This document shows, in pieces, positions 57,154 through 64,000 of a DNA stretch of 64,000 nucleotides. Positions within the stretch are counted from its first letter, which is position 1. Each line of letters opens with the position of its first letter. A model generated the notes under the pieces. That model made no database searches and was not told where the DNA came from. It saw only the letters and a program-made list of their open reading frames with translations. The stretch comes from Vulcanimicrobiota bacterium (GTDB lineage: Bacteria > Vulcanimicrobiota > Vulcanimicrobiia > Vulcanimicrobiales > Vulcanimicrobiaceae). The DNA lies in NCBI GenBank assembly GCA_963733295.1, contig CAVTCS010000003.1, forward strand, positions 2,208,001 to 2,272,000, in the 5' to 3' direction. The position numbers were made by a program, and so were the translations under genes.

Positions 57154-57906
57154 ATGAAGAGCCTCATTATCGCCGACGTTCACGCAAATTGGGCGGCCCT
57201 CGAAGCGCTGCCCGCTGCGGATCTTGTCGTCTGCGCAGGCGACATGGTAACTTTTGGGCCGCAGCCCGGCGCAGTCATCGATGCTCTCGCCAAGATCGGC
57301 GCTCGCTGTGTGCGCGGGGACGAAGACGATGCGGTTGCGCGCAATTTGCGGCGTGAAGCAGCGCCGGGGCTCGAGTCCGCCGCCGACGAAACCCGGGTCT
57401 GGACGCGCTCGGTCCTCACGAAAAACCAGATGCGCTGGTTGGGCGAACTCCCGTTTGAAATCGAGGTGGAGGCCGGCAGTGTGCGGCTGGCTGCCACCCA
57501 CGCGTATCCCGGCGTCATCAACCGCTACCTCCGCCCGACGCGCGAGGAACTGGAGCGTGTCGCCCGAGCATTCCCCCGAGCGAACATCGTCGTAGTTGGC
57601 CACACGCATCGCAGTGGCATTTGGCAAGTCGGCGGAACGACGATCTTGATGCCGGGAAGCGTCGGGCAGTCAAGCCATGGCGGGCATGCATCGTTTGCTC
57701 AGATCGAAGGCAGCACCGTTACCCTTCGTGAGCTTCCGTACGACGTCGACAGAACGATCGAACAGATTCGCGCCACTCCTTGGAGCGCAAGCGCAAAGGA
57801 GAGCTGCATACGCGCCCTCCAACTTGGCGCCCCGCGGCCGTACGAATCCGTTCTGCCGAAGGATGTCGAGCGTCGCTTGGCCGTAGGTCCCGCGCGCGGT
57901 AAGTGA
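57154..57906 (+). CDS. Calcineurin-like metallophosphoesterase
   Basis: ADVHAN, AGDMV, RGDED (in place of GNHD), THA, VGHTH, PGSVGQ. Confidence 0.88.
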   Translation: MKSLIIADVHANWAALEALPAADLVVCAGDMVTFGPQPGAVIDALAKIGARCVRGDEDDAVARNLRREAAPGLESAADETRVWTRSVLTKNQMRWLGELPFEIEVEAGSVRLAATHAYPGVINRYLRPTREELERVARAFPRANIVVVGHTHRSGIWQVGGTTILMPGSVGQSSHGGHASFAQIEGSTVTLRELPYDVDRTIEQIRATPWSASAKESCIRALQLGAPRPYESVLPKDVERRLAVGPARGK

Positions 57907-57930
57907 CCGCCAATCGCAGACTCAGGAAGG

Positions 57931-58290
57931 ATGGCAACCTTGGCCCAAGTCCACGAGAGTTCAAAGGCGGATCCAGGACCCGAAGCAACGCGCGCCCGAA
58001 TTCGCTCGCTCGCGGCTTTTGTTGCTTTGGTGGCGGGTGCATTCGTGCCGGCGCCTCGTGGCCAATTCCTACCATCTTCCTGGTCTTGCTGCTGTTTCTT
58101 GAGCCGATTCGAGCGAAGACCGGGTACGTCACACTTTTGATCGGCTGCATCGTAGCCGCAATCTTACCTAGCATCGGCTGGGCGATCGCTACTCACCATC
58201 TTGCGTTTTAATGCCGTGCTTGTTGCTTCCGGGCTGATCCTTGCGAGCTTAGCGCGGCTGGCCGCGCCTCGGCAAGCTGTGTCGAAGTAG
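57931..58290 (+). pseudogene. Small multi-TM membrane protein apparently broken by two compensating frameshifts
   Basis: AGGAAGG before ATG 57931; hydrophobic segments continue in the 57903 frame from ~58050 and return to the original frame at the TTTT run 58206-58209, ending TAG 58290. Confidence 0.45.
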
Positions 58291-58361
58291 CTCAAGCGCC
58301 CATGATCCCTGCCAGGAGGGTCGCCAAAGCCCATGTCTAAGAGCAGCGAAAAATTCAAAGC

Positions 58362-58411
58362 CGCGATGGAGCTCGCGTTAAGCCCACAACAACTGGGATG
58401 ATGGCTCCTAC
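58362..58411 (+). ncRNA. Fluoride riboswitch no. 4, upstream of the Ehr operon
   Basis: CGCGATGGAGCTCGCGTTAAGCCCACAACAACTGGGATGATGGCTCCTAC: P1 CGCGA/TCGCG, pseudoknot GGAGC/GCTCC, P2 CCCA/TGGG, 3' CCTAC. Confidence 0.85.
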
Positions 58412-58448
58412 TCAGACCTTCCGAGTGCGGAGCCGGCTTTGTTTCTTT
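58403..58448 (+). terminator. Intrinsic terminator forming the expression platform of riboswitch 4
   Basis: GGCTCC-TACTC...GAGTG-C-GGAGCC stem uses the aptamer 3' strand; followed by GGC TTTGTTTCTTT. Confidence 0.7.
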
Positions 58449-58487
58449 CAGCACACCTAAATCGAAACCAATTGCGGCGGGCGAGCT

Positions 58488-59438
58488 TTGGCGCAATCGA
58501 TCGCGCTTAACGCTGCGCAGTTGGCGTTCGTTCTACTCCTCTCACCGCTCTTTAGCGGGCTCTTAACCCGATGCAAAGAGATCGTTCAGTCGAAGCGTGG
58601 GCCGAGCGTCTTTCAGCCGTATCGCGACTTGCGCAAACTCTTGGGAAAAGACGAACGAATACCGGATGAGAGCACCTGGATCTTCCGAGCAGCGCCGTAT
58701 TTCGTCTTCGTCGTTCCGTTGATCGTTACGTTGCTGATCCCGGTCCTCACCGATTTTCCGCTGTTCTTCGCATTCGCCGGCGACATGCTGGCCGTTGGTT
58801 TTATTCTCGCTATCTCGGGATTTTTCTTCACGTTGGCGGCGATCGATGGAGGCAACCCCTACGGGGCAATGGGAGCGAGCCGAACCCGTATGGTTGGGTT
58901 CTTGGCCGAGCCGGTCATCATCATCGTGCTCTTCACCGTGTCGTTCGTCGCGAATTCGACAATTCCGTACATCGTGCAGCAACATTGGATTCACCCAATC
59001 GCGAACTTCTTCGCGCCATCGCACATTCTGTTGCTGATAGCATTTTTCATGATCATTCTCGCGGAGACCGGAAAGCTTCCAGTCGACAACCCAAGCGGCC
59101 ACTTTGAGCTCGCCATGATCGACGAGTCGAAGGCCCTGGAATTCTCGGGCCGCGGGGCGGCCTTAATCAAATACGGCGGCTACATGAAGTTCACGGTTTT
59201 GGCGATCGTTTTTCTCAACGTGCTGGTAGCGCCATGGGGCCTCGCTCAACATGCCTCGCCGCTAGCCGTGCTAGTTGCGGGAGGGGCAGTCGCCTTGAAG
59301 ATCTTGGCGCTCGTAGGAGCAATCGTCATCGTCGAGTCGTCGCTTGCCAAACTCCGGCTCTTTCGTATCTCGGAATTCCTTGGCGCCGCTTTCGTCATTT
59401 CGGTCACGGCGATGGTAACGCAGCTGCTGAGCTTTTAG
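58488..59438 (+). CDS. hyfC: Hydrogenase-4/Ehr membrane subunit HyfC (NuoH-like)
   Basis: RGPSVFQPYRDLRKLLGK, GAMGASR, LAETGKLPVDNP, ELAMIDE, AKLRLFR. Confidence 0.9.
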   Translation: MAQSIALNAAQLAFVLLLSPLFSGLLTRCKEIVQSKRGPSVFQPYRDLRKLLGKDERIPDESTWIFRAAPYFVFVVPLIVTLLIPVLTDFPLFFAFAGDMLAVGFILAISGFFFTLAAIDGGNPYGAMGASRTRMVGFLAEPVIIIVLFTVSFVANSTIPYIVQQHWIHPIANFFAPSHILLLIAFFMIILAETGKLPVDNPSGHFELAMIDESKALEFSGRGAALIKYGGYMKFTVLAIVFLNVLVAPWGLAQHASPLAVLVAGGAVALKILALVGAIVIVESSLAKLRLFRISEFLGAAFVISVTAMVTQLLSF

Positions 59439-59458
59439 GGCGGCGGGGATACGGAAGC

Positions 59459-60124
59459 ATGACGCTGCTCTCGGAACTCAACGCGCTCGTTCTGGGTCTC
59501 TTCATCGTCAGTACGATCGCGATGACGGTCACCCGGCAGATCGGCGCGTGCATTCAGGTCTTCGTCGCGCAGTCGCTACTGCTGGCCGCGTCGGCCTTCT
59601 TGCTCGGCGCCGTATCGCTTTCGTGGCACCTGATTGCGCTCGGGTGCATCACGGTGGTCGGTAAGGCGATCGCGATCCCCTGGTTGCTGCGCGCACTGCT
59701 GCCGAACGAGGTCCATCGCACGCGCGAGCTTTCTCAGACGATCGACGTACCGACCGTGCTGCTCATCGCACTCGGACTCACGCTGTTAGGCTACGGATTC
59801 GCCGCCCACATCGCGCACGCCGCGCCGAATCTCTCGCCTGGTAACGTCTCGACGGGGGTTGCGGGCTTGCTCGTTGGCCTGCTGCTCTTGGCCGTCCGAA
59901 GCGAGGCGGTTCCGCAATTGCTCGGCATCTTAGCGATGGAAAACGGCGCGTTCCTCGCCGGCATCGCGATTGCATCGGACTTTCCGCTCATCGCGGAATT
60001 CGCAATCGCCTTCGACGTCCCGTTGCTGACGTTCATCGTCGCACTCTTAGCGCGTGCTGCGTACCGGCAGATCGGCACGACGGAGGTCGGTGGGCTTTCG
60101 ACGTTGCGCGAGCGCGTCCGATGA
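59459..60124 (+). CDS. hyfE: Hydrogenase-4/Ehr membrane subunit HyfE
   Basis: QSLLL, KAIAIPWLL, QLLGILAMENG, PLIAEFAIAFDV. Confidence 0.88.
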   Translation: MTLLSELNALVLGLFIVSTIAMTVTRQIGACIQVFVAQSLLLAASAFLLGAVSLSWHLIALGCITVVGKAIAIPWLLRALLPNEVHRTRELSQTIDVPTVLLIALGLTLLGYGFAAHIAHAAPNLSPGNVSTGVAGLLVGLLLLAVRSEAVPQLLGILAMENGAFLAGIAIASDFPLIAEFAIAFDVPLLTFIVALLARAAYRQIGTTEVGGLSTLRERVR

Positions 60125-61554
60125 TCTTCGCGATTCCCGGCGCTGCGCTGTTGGCAGCTTTATGGTGTGCGCTCCCCCGCAGCGGCCGGGCAGCGCCGCC
60201 GGTGACATTCGCCGGAGCGATAGCTGCGGTCTGCATCTCGCTGCGCGTGCTGTGGACGCTGCGCGCCGGCGGCACGGCCACAATCGTTCCCGGGTGGCTC
60301 GAAATCGATCCGCTGGCGGCCTTGCTCCTCGTACTGATCGCATTCGTTTACGCGACCGCGGCGCTCTTTTCGTGGGGTTACCTGGCCGATGAAACCGGGG
60401 GGCGTGGCCGCCTTTACTACGCCAATTTCAACCTGTTCACTTTCTCGATGCTCAGTATCCCACTCCTGACCGAGATGGGACTCGTTTGGATCTTCGTCGA
60501 GCTCACGACGCTCCTCTCGATCTTGCTGGTCAACTTTGCCGGTACTACCGAGTCGCTCGAAGCGGCTTGGAAGTACATGGTGCTCACGCTGCTCGGCGCG
60601 ACGGTCGCGGTCTTGGGCGTACTCGTGCTCTTTTGGGCGTTGCACGCTGCAGGTAGCACGGAGTTCAACTGGAACGGCTTGCGTGCTGCGGCGCCGCGCA
60701 TGCCGCACGCTTTGCTGGGTTTTGCCTTCGTGCTGATACTGGTCGGGTATGGCGCGAAGATCGGACTCGTCCCCCTGCACACCTGGCTTCCGGATGCGCA
60801 CAGTCAAGCGCCCTCACCGGTTTGCGCGATGTTGTCCGGTATCGAGACGAGCGTCGTTCTCTACGTGATTCTGCGGCTGCGCAACGTCTTTGCCGCGGAC
60901 CCGTCGCTCCACGTCGGAGCGTGGTTTGTGGCGGTCGGGCTCGTGTCGGCCGGCGCTGCCGCCCTGCTCGTCGTGCAGACGCACGATTACAAGCGTCTTT
61001 TTGCCTTTTCGACTGTGGAGCACATGGGGATCATTCTGACCTCCGCCGGAATCTTCACGCCGGCCGGCGACATCGCCGCGGTCTGGCAGTTGCTCGCTCA
61101 TAGCGTTACGAAATCATTTTGCTTCTACGCTGCTGGAGCGACGCTGATCGCGACCGGCACCCGTGACATCGTCGCGATTCGCGGCTTACTAGGGTCGAAC
61201 CGGATCGCTGCCGGGGCGCTCTTGGTCGGCGCTCTCGCAATCGGCGGGGCACCGCCGTTCGCCGTCTTTCTCAGCGAACTTGCCATCCTGCGCGCCGGTC
61301 TGTCGGCGCACGCATACGTGCTAGTCGCGCTCCTAGCGCTCTTCATCGTCGTTGCGTTTTTCGGATTGCTCTGGCACGTGATGCGGATGCTTGCGGGGCC
61401 GCCGAGCGAGAACCCGCAAGGCAAGCGCGTTCCCGCGACCTGCATCTGGGCATTGTGCCTGGCGGGGCTCCCGGTCGTGGTCTTTGGCATTTGGCTCCCC
61501 GAGGCATTGGGACGGGCGATTGAGAACGCGGCGCGCGCGCTAGGGACCTCGTAG
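60121..61554 (+). CDS. hyfF: Hydrogenase-4/Ehr antiporter-like subunit HyfF
   Basis: WIFVELTT, SLEAAWKY, GYGAKIGLVPLHTWLPDAHSQAP, YKRLFAFSTVEHMG. Confidence 0.9.
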   Translation: MIFAIPGAALLAALWCALPRSGRAAPPVTFAGAIAAVCISLRVLWTLRAGGTATIVPGWLEIDPLAALLLVLIAFVYATAALFSWGYLADETGGRGRLYYANFNLFTFSMLSIPLLTEMGLVWIFVELTTLLSILLVNFAGTTESLEAAWKYMVLTLLGATVAVLGVLVLFWALHAAGSTEFNWNGLRAAAPRMPHALLGFAFVLILVGYGAKIGLVPLHTWLPDAHSQAPSPVCAMLSGIETSVVLYVILRLRNVFAADPSLHVGAWFVAVGLVSAGAAALLVVQTHDYKRLFAFSTVEHMGIILTSAGIFTPAGDIAAVWQLLAHSVTKSFCFYAAGATLIATGTRDIVAIRGLLGSNRIAAGALLVGALAIGGAPPFAVFLSELAILRAGLSAHAYVLVALLALFIVVAFFGLLWHVMRMLAGPPSENPQGKRVPATCIWALCLAGLPVVVFGIWLPEALGRAIENAARALGTS

Positions 61555-61556
61555 GC

Positions 61557-63116
61557 GTGCTGACCGAAACACTCGAGACGCTACGCTCGGTCTGGCCTGC
61601 AGCCTCGTGGAAAGCGGAGGGTGACTCGGTCGCCGCGGCGATTCCGGTCGAGCATTTGTGCGAGCTGGCGGGGCGTCTTCGCGCGCGGGAATGGCGACTC
61701 GGTACGATCGTAGCGACCGACCGCGGAGCGGCGCTTGAACTGCGCTACTGCTTCTATGCAACTCGCCATCCCGGGTGGGCCCAGCTCGTCGTCGCCGTCG
61801 ATCCGCTAGAACGAACCCTGCCGAGCATCACGTCCACGGTCATCGCCGCCGATTGGTTCGAACGCGAAATCGAAGACCTGTTCTCGATCCGCTTTACGGA
61901 GCACCCACGCTTGGGTGATTTCGTTCTGCACAACGATCAATGGGCCGAAGACATGGGGCTCATGCGCCCGGGCGTTGAGTCGACCAGCGATGTACGGGAG
62001 GAACGGCGCGAATGGCGGCCGATGCGCGTGCTCGAGGAAGAGGGCGCCTTCGTGATGCCGATCGGACCGGTCTATTCCGGAGAGGCTGAGTCCGCGCTCT
62101 TCCTGTTGGAAACGGTGGGCGAAGATGTCGTACGCGCCATTCCTCGGCTGTTTTTCAAATACCGCGCCATCGAGAAACTGGCCGAAGGGCGGAGCGTGCG
62201 GGACGTTCTGCTGCTCGCCGAGCGCTGCGCCGGAACGAGCGCGATCGGGAACGGCCTTGCGTATTGTCACGCCGTCGAGCGCGCGCTGGGGCTTGAGGTG
62301 CCTCCACGCGCTGTCGCCTTGCGCGCGTTTTTCGCTGAGCTCGAGCGCGTGCGTCACCATATGACCTCCGTGCGAGAGGTGTGTACCTCGACGTCGCTGA
62401 CCGTCGCGGCGAGTCAGGCATTGTGGCTCGAGGAACAGCTGCTGCGACTCTGCGGCGAGTTGTGCGCACACCGCTATCTGTTCGGCGTGCTCGATGTCGG
62501 CGGTCTCATGCACGATTACGAGGCGGCGGCGCTCGAGCGTGCCGTGGCCGCGGTAGAAGCGATCTGTGTCCAGATCGACGCGCTGCGCGATGCCCTGGAG
62601 AATACGAGCAGCTTTCTGGATCGCATCGAGCAAGTCGGCGTCGTGAGCGAACCCGCCGCGCGGGCATTCGAGCTCGTGGGTCCGTTCGCGCGCGCAAGCG
62701 GAGTCTCGGCGGATATGCGAGCGATCCAACCTTACGGACCCTACGCGTCGATACCGTTCGACGTACCAACGGAGGTCGAGGGCGACGGGTATGCGCGCCT
62801 GCGCGTGCTGTTTGCGGAGATCAGGCAGTCGCTGCCGATCGCACGGGCGCTCGCGAGTGACTTGCCCGCGGGTTCGATTCGAACAGAAGCCGTAATGCGC
62901 GCCGGCAATGGTCTGGGCTGGACCGAAGCTCCGCGCGGCGCATCGGTGCAGTGGGCTGATGTGACCGCGGAGGGGAGCGTGCGCCGTTATCGCCTTACCC
63001 CGCCGTCGTTCCGCAACTGGCACGGTTTCCACGTCGCAACCGAAGAATTCGCCTTCCAGGACTTTCCGATCGTGCTCGCCACCCTCGACCTATCCGTTGC
63101 GGAGAACGATCGATGA
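61557..63116 (+). CDS. Ehr large subunit (HyfG/HycE-like NuoC+NuoD fusion) lacking Ni-binding cysteines
   Basis: WFEREIEDLF, HP, IGPV, ELERVRHH, EAPRG, PSFRNW, DFPIV; ERCAGTS and TLDLSVAENDR replace RxCGxC and DPCxxC. Confidence 0.9.
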   Translation: MLTETLETLRSVWPAASWKAEGDSVAAAIPVEHLCELAGRLRAREWRLGTIVATDRGAALELRYCFYATRHPGWAQLVVAVDPLERTLPSITSTVIAADWFEREIEDLFSIRFTEHPRLGDFVLHNDQWAEDMGLMRPGVESTSDVREERREWRPMRVLEEEGAFVMPIGPVYSGEAESALFLLETVGEDVVRAIPRLFFKYRAIEKLAEGRSVRDVLLLAERCAGTSAIGNGLAYCHAVERALGLEVPPRAVALRAFFAELERVRHHMTSVREVCTSTSLTVAASQALWLEEQLLRLCGELCAHRYLFGVLDVGGLMHDYEAAALERAVAAVEAICVQIDALRDALENTSSFLDRIEQVGVVSEPAARAFELVGPFARASGVSADMRAIQPYGPYASIPFDVPTEVEGDGYARLRVLFAEIRQSLPIARALASDLPAGSIRTEAVMRAGNGLGWTEAPRGASVQWADVTAEGSVRRYRLTPPSFRNWHGFHVATEEFAFQDFPIVLATLDLSVAENDR

Positions 63117-63850
63117 ACTGGTTCTTGCGCGGCTTGCGCGCCGGCGTGCGGACCGAGCGGGAGCCCGTGGGCCGCGACGCGGCGCTTTCCCTATCGCCTG
63201 GCCTTCCGCGTGCGACGCTGCATCCATCGACCCAAGCAGCCACCGACATTGCAAAGGTTTGCCCGACCGGCGCAATCGTTGCGGAAGAATCGGTCGCTCG
63301 CGTTCTCCAAGACCGCTGCGTTGAATGTATGCGATGCAAGGCGGCGGGGTCGAGCGCGCAAGGCTGGGACCAAAACGTCCGCGTCGCACACGCTCCCGAA
63401 GAGCGGGGATTCGATCCGCTCGATGGCAGCTTCAAGAGATCGCTCCACGTGCGCATCGTCGACGCCGGCGACTGCGGGTCGTGTTTGAACGAACTGGCGC
63501 AACTCAACGGTCCATCGTACAACCTCCACCGGTTCGGGATCTTTATTACGCCGACTCCGCGTCAGGCAGACGTGTTGCTCGTCGTCGGACCGGTGACGCG
63601 ACAGATGCGCGGCCCTCTCCGGGCCGCCTACGATGCAATGCCGGACCCGAAGCGCGTCGTTGCGGTCGGCGCGTGCGCCGCGAGCGGCGGAATCTTTGGT
63701 CCCTCCGTCATGTGTGCCGCAGGGGTGGCCGACGCGGTCCCGGTCGACCTCGTGGTCCCAGGATGCCCCCCGCCGCCGTTCGCGATCGTCCACGCGCTGC
63801 GCGCCGTGTGTGGGCAGCAACCACTCAATCTCGCGAGCGATCTGGCATGA
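63113..63850 (+). CDS. Ehr small subunit (HyfI/NuoB-like) with N-terminal ferredoxin remnant
   Basis: CPTGAI...CVECMRC; DAGDCGSCLNE, PRQADVLLVVGPVT, VGAC, PGCPP. Confidence 0.9.
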   Translation: MNWFLRGLRAGVRTEREPVGRDAALSLSPGLPRATLHPSTQAATDIAKVCPTGAIVAEESVARVLQDRCVECMRCKAAGSSAQGWDQNVRVAHAPEERGFDPLDGSFKRSLHVRIVDAGDCGSCLNELAQLNGPSYNLHRFGIFITPTPRQADVLLVVGPVTRQMRGPLRAAYDAMPDPKRVVAVGACAASGGIFGPSVMCAAGVADAVPVDLVVPGCPPPPFAIVHALRAVCGQQPLNLASDLA

Positions 63851-64000
63851 ACCAGTGGGAACTCGCCGTGACCCTCGCAGCCGTGGCACTTCCCATCGTC
63901 GGCGCGCTCGTGTGCCTCGTTTTGCCGGAACGAGCCGCCGTGCGCATTCTCACGGCAACCTGTTCCTGTGCTGCCGCTCTATCGCTTACGGCCGGCATCG
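63847..64000 (+). CDS. Membrane protein, probably HyfB-like antiporter subunit (3' truncated by window edge)
   Basis: ATGA overlap; hydrophobic MNQWELAVTLAAVALPIVGALVCLVLP...; HyfB is the subunit not yet seen in the operon. Confidence 0.5.
   Translation, partial: MNQWELAVTLAAVALPIVGALVCLVLPERAAVRILTATCSCAAALSLTAGI

Noticed and set aside
57931..58290. Fluc/CrcB fluoride channel
   Set aside because: Similar size, but lacks the GGxxGAxxR, GTxxxN and GFxGxxTTFS motifs in any frame I read
61557..63116. True [NiFe] hydrogenase / formate hydrogenlyase
   Set aside because: Both Ni-binding CxxC motifs are absent; no fdh or hyp genes in the window

Overview
High-GC bacterial chromosome segment. The gene style suggests a soil Terrabacteria lineage such as Vulcanimicrobiota/Eremiobacterota, but this is only an impression. 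Bases 1 to ~48.8 kb are mostly housekeeping: ABC/MFS transporters, a giant MalT/BTAD/LuxR regulator, scoAB, acyl-CoA dehydrogenase, nth, mutY, lpdA-lipB-lipA, msrB, gdhA, ychF, mtnP, holB-tmk, an Arg/Lys/Orn decarboxylase, bioY, an HNH nuclease behind a structured terminator leader, pdxST, ispE, ubiX and a split AdnAB-like helicase/nuclease pair. The highlight runs from 48.8 kb to the right edge. It is an accessory locus carrying FOUR fluoride (crcB-class) riboswitches within 3 kb (55398-55443 minus; 55686-55731, 57087-57130 and 58362-58411 plus), with covarying stems and visible expression platforms. They sit in front of (i) a leftward dynamin-MutS-MutS-dynamin operon, (ii) small coiled-coil and Cys-containing ORFs, (iii) a metallophosphoesterase with an altered active-site motif, and (iv) a Ni-free hydrogenase-4-like (Ehr) membrane complex. 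No canonical fluoride exporter (Fluc/CrcB or CLC-F) is visible in the window, so this looks like a mechanistically uncharacterised multi-component fluoride-response system. All calls come from reading the sequence; no searches were run.
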